Positions 11,519 to 23,081 of a stretch of 64,000 nucleotides of DNA are shown here, piece by piece. The stretch is from NCBI GenBank assembly GCA_010015805.1, contig ML978130.1, positions 372,001-436,000 of the forward strand, read 5' to 3'. The notes below the pieces were generated by a model. It worked only from the letters and a program-made list of their open reading frames with translations, made no database searches and was not told the origin of the DNA. Both the position numbers and the translations under genes were made by a program. Source of the DNA: Rhizodiscina lignyota (lineage: Eukaryota). Within the stretch, counting starts at the first letter, position 1. Each line of letters begins with the position of its first letter.

Positions 11519-13272
11519 ATGAAGCCTGGAGTATACCAATTCCTCCTTGGCTGCTTTGCGGCCTTGGGTTCCTTTTTGTTTGGATATGATCTGTAATTGC
11601 AGCACATTTCGTCATCACAGTTGTCCGCTGCTAATTTTTCATAGTGGTGTGATCGCAGAGGTCGTGGCGTCCGATTCTTTCAAGGCCCTCTTCCTGCAGA
11701 CAAATGCCGACTCTCGTTCTGGCACTGTAGTGGCGCTTTTTACAGCTGGCTGCTTCTGTGGCGCCTTCTTCGCGTCATATTCTGATCCTCTTGGTCGACG
11801 CGGCACCATTCTGCTGGCTTCATGCATCTTCGTCGTGGGTGGTGTGATTCAGACTGCTGGTGTCGTAATAGCAATGCTCTACGTCGGGCGCTTAATTGCC
11901 GGAATTGGCGTTGGCTTCCTGACAATGATAATTCCAATCTATCAGGCCGAGCTAGCTCACCGAAAGATCAGAGGCAAAATCACAAGTCTGCAGCAGCTTT
12001 TCAACGCGCTTGGCCAGATCTTTGCCACATGGATCGGATACGGATGCTACATGACCTGGCATGGAACTGGCGACAGTAGGGAGTGGCGCATTCCCTTGGG
12101 CTGTCAGATCGTTCCGTCCCTTTTCTTGGGGGGTCTCATTTTGACCTTCCCGGAGTCTCCAAGGTATGCATACATCTTGAGATGGAACTCATTTGTATAG
12201 CCTTTTGTGGATTGCTGTTAACGGCGAGCAGATGGCTCTGCGACCATGACCGTGGCGACGAAGGTCTCAAGACCCTTGCTCAGCTTCATGCTCATGGCGA
12301 TACAAATGATCCATATGTCCTTGCTGAGTACGAACTCATTCAGACACAAATCGCTGAAGAGCATTCGCGTAAGAAGATCGGGTACCTAGATTTGTTCCGC
12401 GGCTATCCAAACCTTCGCCGCACGGTCTTGGTTATGGCCATTCAAGCCAGCTGCCAGATGACGGGCGTTAGTGCAATCCAGTACTTTTCTCCTCAAATCT
12501 TTGCACAGATTGGCATATCAACCGGCATGTCCTTGCTGTTTCAATCTGTCAACGCCATTATCGCCTTTCTTGGGACAACAGTTACCATCTTGACCATCGA
12601 CACAGTCGGCCGACGGCCGCTGGAAATCTACGGCTGTCTCTTCCTTTGCGTGACATTCATCATCAATGCAGCCATCATCAAAGTCTTTCCTACCAGTTCA
12701 AACAACACTGGTGCGCACTGGGCCTTCGTGGTCTTAACCTGGCTATTCAATGTAAGCATGAGTATATGTTGCGGATGGCTATTGCTAACTGATTCATTAG
12801 TTCGTCTTTTTCATCACCAGTGGGCCACTTAGTTGGTCCGTCCCTGCTGAACTATTTGGAACCGCTATGCGCTTGAAGGGCGTATCCTGGGGTGCCATGA
12901 CTTCTTTTGCGTTCAACACAATGATCGGCCAGGTTACTCCGATTGCTATCACTGCGATTGGCTGGGTGAGTTGAAAAGGCACGTCCATGCGGAACGAGCA
13001 ACTGAATCTCTGCATAGAAATATTACATCGTCTTCATTGTCTGCAATCTCACAAACGCCATCTTCTTCTGGTGTTTCCAGCCGGAGACAAAAGGTCTGAA
13101 CTTAGAGGACATGGACGAGTTGTTCCGCGATAGCCCTACATTTGTGCCACGCAGCAAGTGGCAGCCGAGTTCTCATATCGAGGAAGACGCGAGAAGGATT
13201 GCAAAGCAAGAGAGAGAGGCGGGAGTACTAGGTAAGGAGAAAGCTGAAGGGTATATGATTGAAGAGATATAA
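11519..13272 (+). CDS. MFS sugar porter family transporter
   Basis: GSFLFGYDLG, DPLGRR, GRLIAGIG, PESPRW, DTVGRR and PETKG motifs; introns 11593-11644, 12164-12231, 12752-12800, 12966-13017. Confidence 0.93.
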
Positions 13273-13903
13273 GCAAGGAAGATAGTCACATCAAATGAGG
13301 AAGAGTGAAGATAAATCTGGAGCACGAATAAAGCATATCAGAAAGGTGTTTGGCTGAATCTTTGATGTACCTGGAAGTCTGAGATATCTCTAGTGACCTG
13401 CGATCAGTACTACGTGGACTAAATCCTTGGATTGATGTAAAATTTACGATTTCAACTTCTAACAAATCTCAATATGGTGAAGATCTAAATAGATATCTGT
13501 TTGATAGTGATTAAACATCTATTCCATCATCCTTGAACACGTTGCCGTTGCTGCTTACTGCGTAATGTTATGTTGACTTGAATGCCAAATGGTATTCGTG
13601 AGCACTGTGTAAGAAAGATAATAATCCATTTGATACACCCATAGGTTGTTTAAGGAAGCCAAAGACCGCAATCGAAACACTGGTGACTGAAGGAGATGCG
13701 GAGCACAGATGTAAGTCACACGTGATGCGTAGTGGATCACATACTCTGTTTCTCTGTATGCGCCGAAATCGCTATCATTCTCCATCGTCCTGTAAATGGA
13801 CAAACGCAATTTAATGACTACCCGAAAATAAATAGCTCTCTAGCAACGATCTTAATTCTGTCGATACATCACCCTCGCCTGTCAAGCCCCAGCTCCAATC
13901 GGG

Positions 13904-14476
13904 ATGAAAGTAACGATCGAGCCCCACAACCCCGAGTGGGCGCTCGAATTCCTCAGAGTCAGAGCCACTTTCGAACAGATACTGGAAAATATCCCAACCA
14001 CCTCAATCGAGCACGTTGGCAGCACATCGATTCCTGGATTAAAAGCGAAACCGGTCCTGGACATCGATATTATCATTCCTTGGCCCTCTCTCGATGAGAC
14101 CCGAGCCGCACTCGTGGCCGCAGGCTATACGGACTGTGGTGAAATGAACGTCCCTGGCCGCTTTGTATTTCGACAACCCGGATACGGCCGATTCGACCCT
14201 GCTCACGGTAAAGTAAATGGCAAAGTAAGGCAAAATACGTATGCCATGATTGAGGGCTGTACGGCACTTAGAAATCACCTGGACATCAAAAGAATCTTAA
14301 TGGAAGATAAAGAGCTGAGGGAAGAGTATTCACAAATTAAGACTGAGCTAGCAGAGAGAGAATTTGAAAATATCGGACAGTACGTTTTGGGAAAGAATGA
14401 GGTACTCTTGAAAATTTTACGCAGAGCTGGCTGGAGTGATCAAGATTTGGAACCGGTGATAAAGGCAAACAGCTAG
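13904..14476 (+). CDS. GrpB/UPF0157 nucleotidyltransferase-fold protein
   Basis: IEHVGSTSIPGLKAKPVLDIDI, EEYSQIKTELA and Y..GK motifs. Confidence 0.88.
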   Translation: MKVTIEPHNPEWALEFLRVRATFEQILENIPTTSIEHVGSTSIPGLKAKPVLDIDIIIPWPSLDETRAALVAAGYTDCGEMNVPGRFVFRQPGYGRFDPAHGKVNGKVRQNTYAMIEGCTALRNHLDIKRILMEDKELREEYSQIKTELAEREFENIGQYVLGKNEVLLKILRRAGWSDQDLEPVIKANS

Positions 14477-14691
14477 CGAATTTGGAAGATTCACCAGACG
14501 AGTGATTCATATGGTAGAGGGTTCTAGTGTCTTTTAGATCTCCACATTCCGAGCGGTGCTTGAACTCGATACTCAGGGCATTTTGGACCAATGCAGCTTT
14601 GCAGCTTTCAACGATTCTAGCTACTCCTCAATTTTCATTCCCAGGATAACAGTCCAATCGTGATTTAATACATATCCCATTAGAGTCACTG

Positions 14692-16862
14692 TCACACAAG
14701 CGCGATTTCACAAATCTGATCCAGAAACGCTTCATATCTCTCGGCATTTGCCTTAAAAAGGAGGGCTTTGTATATCTTTTTCTGAAATCCCCAGGGAAAT
14801 GCAGTTAAAGTCTTGTGGAAGCTCTCCCATTTTTGCTTCCATACATCGTTAGTAGCTTGGAACAGAGAGACATATCGACCGACTGCTTCTCCACGTAACG
14901 AGTATTCCTTGAGGCCATCTGGATGTATCGCAGCACTGTTCGCGAAGCGTTCCACATGAGGATGGCGAATCTTCCTCAGGATGAGCGGGTATTGCGCACC
15001 AAAAACAAAGAAGACCCTGTCACCATCTTCCGCCGTGACTGGCGCTAGGATGCTCAGGCCATAGTACTCATTAGATAGATCATATATGCCAAGGGGAGGA
15101 TTGTTATTCTCTGAATCTGCATTTGCGGCCAACTTGAATATGCGACGCCCGCGGAAATATTCTGCCAAATCTTCAAACGGGGAGTTAATTATTGGCTTCT
15201 CAGAAAGAGTGAGAATGCCAATCTCAATGGCCGACTCAACTAGCCTTGGTCGATCAACGGGATTGAGTCTCTGGAATTCCTCAGGTGTAAGGACGCGCGA
15301 AATCTGACTGATGCGACCTTTTAGAGCTTTTCCCTGTTCGGGATCGGAAAGCAGTTCATGATTCCTATGAACTGTAAACCATCTAGGGGTATCTCCTCTG
15401 GGCAAAGGCACTGCCCCATTTACTTCTTTACGCGTCCAGTCAGGGACCCAGCTCGGAAGTACGTGTGCAGGCTTGTCGGTTTGGTTCGCATAGGCGAGTA
15501 TGTTGAGCGATCTTTTCCTCTCGATCAAAGTGGCAGCAAATTCACAGTACACCACCCATGCAGGCTTTTCATACGTCGGTTCGTACAGTGTAGATTCTCT
15601 GGCTAACTAGAGCGGAGCGATAAGCTTGTCTCGCGGATCAGTGGCTTGCTGTGCGTGAATGTAGCGACACAACGTAAAGAGATCAACATCACCCGACCGG
15701 GTTCGCTCGACGTTTATTCTCTGAAGTTGAGATAGCGTGGCGCTGCACTGAGCTTCTAGAATGTTGATATCAGCTCCGAGATTTTGATTTGGGATGAGGT
15801 TGCTTGAATCAGCACGAAGGTCCACATCATAAACGTCTTGAATAATCGACGCGAGGTCTAAATTAGTCCGTCGGTAGATCGATTGAAAGAGACTTTGTGC
15901 GGCTGGGTTAAAGCCTTGCCGTAAATTCATATCACGCCAGGCATGACGTCCGCGAAGTGTGTCCTGGGGAGGGCCAAGACCTTTTTCAAGCAAGGCATCG
16001 AGCAAAGGACTGTCGAGGTCCAAATGAAGCAGGCGGCCAAGTTCGCGAAGTATGGCCTTCCTTTTCGGCATGGGGTTGTGGAAATTGTGTTGTGGTGCAT
16101 GGCGGTTATGATATGCGCCAGCGTCTAGGTCACCCTCAGCATTTGAGCTTGAAGTCAGCTCAAAGAAATACTCAAGAGGCGCTTGAAGATCTCCGCATAG
16201 TACAATTTTGCGGTCTTGCGGCTTTGGTGTCGTAGCTTCCTGTAGAACCCAGCTCCTTGTCCAGTAAGAGCGTCGAAGTAATTCTAAAAGTCCCTGGCGT
16301 CCTCGGCTGTGGTCCATTTGCTCTCTGCTTCTTGGGTCATTGTGCCATCGTCTGAGGTACTCAAACGCATCGAACGTATCGCCCTTGGGCTCCCCAAGCC
16401 AGATGGCGATGCCATGTGCCTTTTCGTATATTTGCTTCATCAGAGCTACCTGGCGCGCTCGTTCTCTTTATCAGCTTGGTTGATACATATGCCGTCAATC
16501 CAGAAATAATCGGTGGTATGAAGGAAATTCTGCCTCTCGTCCTGGTCCATCGGTGTATTCCGGGGCGATCTGGACCATTGGATTTGCCGAAGGAATGACT
16601 CGGCATTTGGCGTGACAAACAACAATTTTCTGTCAATCAAAATAGGTCTGTACTGAGCCTGACCATCCCACGTGTAGGACAGAGCCGTGAACCTCGGACA
16701 ACCGGGAGATGCGAGTTCTGCATGCTCTAACTCACAGCAAATATGTGAAGAGCTACTCGGCAGCCAGCGTAGTAGCCGAATATGGCCGTCGGGGAGGTCT
16801 TGATAATGGAACTCATTTCGCAGGTTTGTATCCATGTTGCTGCTTTGTAGTCGAGATGCCAA
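14692..16862 (-). pseudogene. HET-domain gene disrupted by a frameshift and an in-frame stop
   Basis: FTALSYTW, FWIDGICINQAD, YWTRSWVLQE, ATDPRDK and LPSWVPDW are split over three ORFs; frameshift at about 16445, TAG at 15607-15609. Confidence 0.82.
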
Positions 16863-17413
16863 GCACGAACACTCAAATCATAGCCAGGTGAACTGCAAAG
16901 ATCTCAGGAGGCGTGTGAAGACATTAATGAAGACATGCTGCAGACAAGATGAGAAGCTCTAGAAGAGCCGATTGAAACGTTCGGGTCTTTCAGCCTCGCC
17001 AATCTCCACCAGAGAGTCTGGACAATTAGCTTGCATACCGCCACAAAGTTGTTAACGAATAGGAGGCATGGATTCCTCCAGGCGGACGCCAGCGCCCAGC
17101 TACCTCGGCATCAAGGCCAATACCCGTCAATTAGAAAGACCAAAGCCAGATCATTGCATGTAATGGCCTGAAGAGAACACATGTATTGCAGGAAAAGGGA
17201 AGAAGGGATCGTGGCCGGGGATTTCGTGGCGGTTGAATAGGGAGGGTCGATCATTCCCATTTCTGGATTAGCGCACTTTCTCCAAATTTGTATCTTGTCC
17301 AGAGTACGGAGTACGCCCGGGTAGCTACCGAGTATCTCTTCTATACGCCCACTCCCATGAACAGCGTGATCTCTAACATTGGCTCATAGCATCCGTAGAA
17401 ATACAACCCTATA

Positions 17414-18763
17414 GTGGCCAGCACCAAGGCATCGCGATTGTCACACACGAAATCGAGGAACGGGTGTAAGAGGTGCAAGGCTAGAAGAGTGAAATGCGAT
17501 GAGGTCCACCCAATATGTAACAACTGCATACGGCATGGCGTGCCATGCGAGTATGGAGAGCTACAGCTACCGGGGAAGACACCTAGAGCATCAGCCTCCC
17601 TTACGCCTCGGGAGAGTCTCGTTCAATCCAGAGCCACAACCCCTGACGTGGGTATGCCCGTCCGATTTGCAGATGACGAGAACCAAGCGGCTACAGCGAA
17701 GCTTGAGCTTCGTCTGCTCCATCATTTCACGTCGATGGTGTCCTTCACCTTTCCTTCTTCAAAGCAAGGAATTATTCTAGATTTGTGGCAAATTCATGCA
17801 ATCCGACTTGGATTCGAGTTTGAGTTTTTACTCAACGCAATATATGCCATCTCAGCGCTCCATATCATACGAGATCTCCCTCACAGTCCACGCTTTTATA
17901 CCCAAGATGAAGACTCTATCACGATGGGCCGCCTTTTGGGTCTTCAAAAGCCTTCTCTTGGCGGGGTCGATCCAAAACAGGCGCATCGGTACTATCTTAC
18001 CCTGGCTGTATCTCAACACAGAGAAGCTACAGCCAAGCTATGTGCGGAGAACAGCAATGCATTGTTACTGTCATCTGTGTTGCTCTCCTATCAAGCACTG
18101 CGATTACTACCTGAGGAACACGAGGAGCAAGCCAACGAATATACACCTCCGATGCATTGGCTTCGGATGACGAATGGAATCACACAGCTGTCGGAAGCCT
18201 CTATACCACTCCTAAACGGCCAACATGAGAGCGCTGCTCAGCTTCTGGCAATTGCTGGAGGTGAACCGAACTATCGGGACCGTGCCGCCCTGTTCAATCC
18301 CGCAAACAGCGAGCCGTTTTTAGCTCTCATTGACTGGGAGCGATTCCCAGAAGCGGATTTGGATGATCAGTCCAAAGTCTCGTACGAAAGAACGCTACAC
18401 TACATATCCGGCATCCATCGAGCCGTAACAGTTGATCGAGAATCTCCTCGCACGACTTTCCGTCGCCTGATTAGCTTCGGTCCACTGATACCTTCACATT
18501 TCATCACGCTAGTCGAGCAAAGGAGGCCGAGAGCATTAGTGACACTCGCGCTGTTCTGTGCTATGATCAAAGCAGTAGACGACCATTGGGTATACTACGG
18601 CCTTGCGGAACGAGAAGTCTACGGTATCCAAAGTCTTACCTCCGGAGGGGCAGTGGGCAATGGCATGGCCATTGTCACTACTGCAACAAGACCTCAAGGT
18701 ACGCTGATCAACGGGCGCTCGGTGCCATGCCAGTCAAAGAAACAAAAGAGTCAATTCATCTGA
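17414..18763 (+). CDS. Zn2Cys6 transcription factor (Upc2-like); start codon uncertain, probable frameshift near the 3' end
   Basis: HTKSRNGCKRCKARRVKCDEVHPICNNCIRHGVPCEY and LELRLLHHF; the ORF starts at GTG just after a TAG, so a short upstream exon is likely. Confidence 0.85.
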   Translation: MASTKASRLSHTKSRNGCKRCKARRVKCDEVHPICNNCIRHGVPCEYGELQLPGKTPRASASLTPRESLVQSRATTPDVGMPVRFADDENQAATAKLELRLLHHFTSMVSFTFPSSKQGIILDLWQIHAIRLGFEFEFLLNAIYAISALHIIRDLPHSPRFYTQDEDSITMGRLLGLQKPSLGGVDPKQAHRYYLTLAVSQHREATAKLCAENSNALLLSSVLLSYQALRLLPEEHEEQANEYTPPMHWLRMTNGITQLSEASIPLLNGQHESAAQLLAIAGGEPNYRDRAALFNPANSEPFLALIDWERFPEADLDDQSKVSYERTLHYISGIHRAVTVDRESPRTTFRRLISFGPLIPSHFITLVEQRRPRALVTLALFCAMIKAVDDHWVYYGLAEREVYGIQSLTSGGAVGNGMAIVTTATRPQGTLINGRSVPCQSKKQKSQFI

Positions 18764-18899
18764 GCTTTTCGAAATTAAGGGCACCAAATTTTTGCTTTAC
18801 CAGTAACACTTCGCAATATGAAGTGAAACAAAAATATATCCCCACGGGCGTCGAATCCTCTGCAACAAATGGTCCACCAGCACACGGCCGTCTCCGGGC

Positions 18900-19805
18900 C
18901 TAGGGGATTGGATTCATGGTAGCCTTGGGCCTGTTTGGATCCATTTGATCTAAGTTGATCGGTTCCATCGATTGCGTCGGCGCTTGTATTCCTCCGCCCT
19001 TGCTCATGCCAAGTGACATGATCCCTCCGGCTGCCAAACAGCACGCCGCCAGAAACTGTACAAGGAAAATCAAGGCAAACTTGACTGCAAATGTTCCACT
19101 GATCGGACTCAGGCTGGCGTCAAGAGTGAAAGCATACACGGTGCTATATATTAATCTTGCCGCGATAAATGGCAGAGCAGCGCCAGCTCCGTACATGAGT
19201 CTGCTCGGGAGTCTTGCGCTGTTCGTTCTGCGAAGGCGGAAGAAAGTGACATTTCCGTATGCTGTGATGAGGGCGAGGACGCCGAGAAGGACCAAGTATC
19301 CGGCCTTCAAGAGACCGCGGTCGGTGTCGAATTTGTCATGATCGCCGGAGGCCGCGTCTTGAGCGAGGTTCGAGCCCCCTACAGCGGCGAGGACAATACC
19401 GCCGACGGTCGTGATGTGTACGAAGAGTTGAACGATCCACCCGAGCTTAGCGTTATGACCTGGAATGTACGTCTCACTGCGTTGAGAGATAGTCGTCAGT
19501 GCTGGCTTCTATGAAGCGGAAAGAGAAGAGACCTACGCTTCGTGCATAACTCCTGCAAGTGCCAGAAGAAGTCCGGAGATCCCAACCGAGTTGATTATGC
19601 CCCCTGCGTCTGATGTACTGTCTCTGTCACTAATCTGTACGCCGTCGGATACGATGCGCAGAGCGCAGTATACGTGGAAGAATGCCCAGCCGACAAGTCC
19701 ACGTCTACCATGCCTGATGAGAATGTAGAGGCCGACGGGAATGAAGAGGAGGTAGAGCACGAGCTCTGCGACTGCGAGACGTGTGATCGGTTTGAAACCA
19801 CTCAT
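18900..19805 (-). CDS. Fungal multi-pass membrane protein (DUF7702-like)
   Basis: Multiple hydrophobic helices, RHGRRGLVGW and ALPFIAARLIYS; intron 19477-19536 joins the two ORFs. Confidence 0.75.
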
Positions 19806-20239
19806 GTTCTAAGGGCTCTTAACTGATATTGTGCCGAGTCTTTCTGGTGCAGGAGAGGTTTCGATTGTAGCTTTGAAAGGAGACCTCAGTGAGGTTTACA
19901 CAATATCAACGAACGGTATTATAAGACTTTAAGTACACTTGGAGCGATGTTTTGATTGAGAATACCGCCACGCATAACCTCAAGCGATAACGAGCAGCAT
20001 TTTGAAATGAAAGGTTCATGCTAGACAGAATGACTGAAAACGCCCCGCAGGGCTCAGTTCTTATATTCCCTTGCTCATATATAGGAATTGCAATATGATT
20101 GGCTACTAAAGCCGTGATACTTGTTCGTCCACTGACAACTTGGTACGAGTCCGAGTATCCCTGCAGCAATTACCACTCTGAGGATGGAGCGAGTCCGAGT
20201 ATCCCTGTTAATCCTTCCAACCCTGGCCTGAGGGCTAAA

Positions 20240-20715
20240 CTAAAGCGGTATCCACGACGTACATGTTGTCAACTCTCCGACCTGGCCGTTTTCTGCAGAG
20301 ATTATTTGGCCGGGAGCGGTGAAATTTTCTGGGTTGTTGTCGATGCTACTAGATGCGCCACTGGCAGGGAACTGAACAATAGGACACCCTGGACCCTGTA
20401 CGAATGTTAGACGCGGATAAAGTGAATAGTCAAGCATCGACATACAAAGTGAGAAGCGTCGATGGTGGTTTTATTTGCGTATCGAACTGGAGGTACAAAT
20501 CTCAAATCTTCTGTAGGAGGCTGGGCATATGGAATGCCCAGGTATTCGGACACAGCTGTGGCATTCGGGGCGGCGTGGCCGACTATGGAACCACTGCTTG
20601 TTTCTACCGCTTGTCCGACCATCCAGCTGGATGTTCCTGCATGATCCGATTGAACTTGAAGAGATGCGGAGGAGAAGAATAAGCTTAGAAAGAGAAATGA
20701 AGGATAGCTGGCCAT
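20240..20715 (-). pseudogene. N-terminal fragment of a secreted type-B carboxylesterase
   Basis: Signal peptide, VETSSGSIVG, YLGIPYAQPP..LRF.PP, intron 20396-20445, GPGC; breaks off before SEDCL and lacks the catalytic GxSxG. Confidence 0.78.
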
Positions 20716-21677
20716 GGTCGAAAAGCAGTGCAGAACAGTGATTGATCGACAAGAGAATAGCGTGTGCACCGCTCAGCATGAAGGAGAAACTAAACAGATT
20801 TTATACCGTCTTGACAACCTGATTTATAGGAGATCTATTCTGGCCTAGCAACGAGTGTGCTCATCCTTCTCAGGTACCTCAACTTCAACCTTCTTCTACT
20901 CCGTACCGCCGGCGACAAACTAGCCGAGGGCTAAGCATCATCCCTCCTGCTGGAACCTTGCAGCAGACTGGTAACAACCATGATAGGTGTTTCAGTGGAA
21001 GACTGAAGGCTTCACCATGTGGAGCTTGCACAAGCCGATGTTGCAATGTCACAGGAAGGAACATGAAGAACTTTTGTCGTTTGATGTGAGTGGAAAGCTT
21101 TGACCACATATCAAGCGAGTGCGAGCATCCCTGCACAGTGCACGCTGCAGGCTACCGTAGACTTGTGCTGCGGCTGACTCCGAGCTCGCCGAGCTTGCTG
21201 TTAGCCCGCTTTGAGGTCAAGGAAGACATCTTTCAAAGAAGATTCTTGGGAATCCAATCTGGTGGGATGGGATCTCGTTGCCAATCAAAGATGATGAAGC
21301 AAGATCACATGAGGGGAAGACGAATTGCTAAAGACAGTGGGGAAATGCGAGCAGCCGGTTAGTTATGAATGGTATCATGCTTTACTTCCAAAAAATCTTC
21401 TACGTGTGTCAGTGTTGTACGTCTCTTTAACCTCAACTCTGTTCCAGCTCTACAAGACACTCATGATCTCCATTATACTAACTATAACTCCGATCATGCT
21501 TCATTTTCCAGTATCGGTCCGCACAACAAGCGCAATGGGCCTTCATTCGAACGGACGATGGATGGCCCAAAATCGCTATGCTCTACTGGAGAAAGCAAGG
21601 ATGGACATGCTGAAGCGAATGATGCCCGTGGACGGTCGACCCGGCATTAATATTCCAAGTTCTCAATTGCGTTACTA

Positions 21678-23081
21678 TTACGCATCACGATGGTCGCGTC
21701 TGGGCTCCTTCGGGTCGATTCCGCTCGCGGCATCGAACTCCTTGTCGACAAAGTCCTTCGCAGACGTCCTCGCAGTGTCCTCCATTCGTGAAACTCTCGC
21801 TCCAGCAGCCGCTCCGGTATCAGAAACTGCTCTCCTGGTGGCCTCTTCTTGTTGCGATACTGCTCGTTTGGCATGATCCTCAATGTCTTTCCCGATCTGG
21901 CCAATTTCCTTCGATGTCTCATGTACTTGGCTTGTTATCTCACTCTTCTTCTGTTCCGCCATCCGCTTCCCGTGGGTTTCGATTTCTTTCTCCAGGTGGC
22001 CGATTTCTTGGATCTTGTCCTCGAGCCTGCTTTTTAGCCCTTTCACATTATCGAACATATCATGGCTGAAGTGCTGTACTCTGTTCATTGCCGTATTCGC
22101 TTGCAGCTCTTTCTCTTCGAACCACTCCCTTCCGTAAGATTCAATCCCCTTCTCAAGGTCCTTGGCCTCTCGGCTCTTGTTGTCAATCTTGCTTCTTATA
22201 TCCATCATCCCGTTTAACATTTTGGAGCGCGTTTGTTGTACTTCATGATGTGCATCGGATTGGAAGCGAGCGAGTTCGGGACCAGGAGTATGTGTGATCG
22301 GACCCGCCTTCAAGTGGCCAACACTGACAAATCGGTCCGGAGTATTCGCTTCGATATCAGCCCGTACCTCCTCGTACATCCTCCGGATGATATTGACCTC
22401 TTCATGAACGCTGATGTCAGTATGCGAGCAGCTAAAGTCGCGCTCCCGCTGCTCAATATACTCCCTCACTTTACCCCACTCATGCTGAAAGTACTTCAAC
22501 CGGTTCGGAAGACCAGAACCTTTCAGATATGTGAGGAATCCGGCAATGACAATGTTGATTGCACCTAACACTGTAACCGCCGAGTGGCTACCATTTGAGG
22601 CGCCCAAGGCCGTCAGTGCGCCTGCAACGATTATTTGAAGCCCGAGACAACCGGAAATGAGAGCGGAGAAGAGTTTATACTGTCTCTTTGACTTGATTTC
22701 GAGGTCGTAGACAGTTGCATAAATGCCCATGTTTGGCGCCGGTCTATGGCCTGAGGTGACTACCGGACGATGATTGGGGTTGAATCCATGTGGTGCTTTG
22801 AACGATTTGTCCTGCCAAACTGCGAGTCGTGTTAGCTTGTTTGAGCTGTTAAACGCAAAGCTTGCGCTGTTGGCATTGCCCGACTTACTCCCAACTAGTA
22901 TGCGAAACTCTATCAGCTTTTCACTGGGTTCCATTGGCTCGATGTTGTAAAAATGTGACGAGCGACGATCATCCATTACTCCCCCAGCAGATTCTCGTTG
23001 GATCGTATCTACATCGCCTGGATTCCTTGCGTCGGCCCTGTCGCTGAGAGTGCGCGAGATGAAGTTCCGTACTCCGTGCAT
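21678..23081 (-). CDS. SLATT (SMODS/SLOG-associated 2TM) fungal-type effector domain protein with a charged helical C-terminus
   Basis: LGLQIIVAGALTALGAS..VLGAINIVIAGFLTYLKGSGLPNR..VREYIEQRER pattern (two TM helices plus conserved tail). Confidence 0.8.
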   Translation of the reverse strand: MHGVRNFISRTLSDRADARNPGDVDTIQRESAGGVMDDRRSSHFYNIEPMEPSEKLIEFRILVGSKSGNANSASFAFNSSNKLTRLAVWQDKSFKAPHGFNPNHRPVVTSGHRPAPNMGIYATVYDLEIKSKRQYKLFSALISGCLGLQIIVAGALTALGASNGSHSAVTVLGAINIVIAGFLTYLKGSGLPNRLKYFQHEWGKVREYIEQRERDFSCSHTDISVHEEVNIIRRMYEEVRADIEANTPDRFVSVGHLKAGPITHTPGPELARFQSDAHHEVQQTRSKMLNGMMDIRSKIDNKSREAKDLEKGIESYGREWFEEKELQANTAMNRVQHFSHDMFDNVKGLKSRLEDKIQEIGHLEKEIETHGKRMAEQKKSEITSQVHETSKEIGQIGKDIEDHAKRAVSQQEEATRRAVSDTGAAAGARVSRMEDTARTSAKDFVDKEFDAASGIDPKEPRRDHRDA

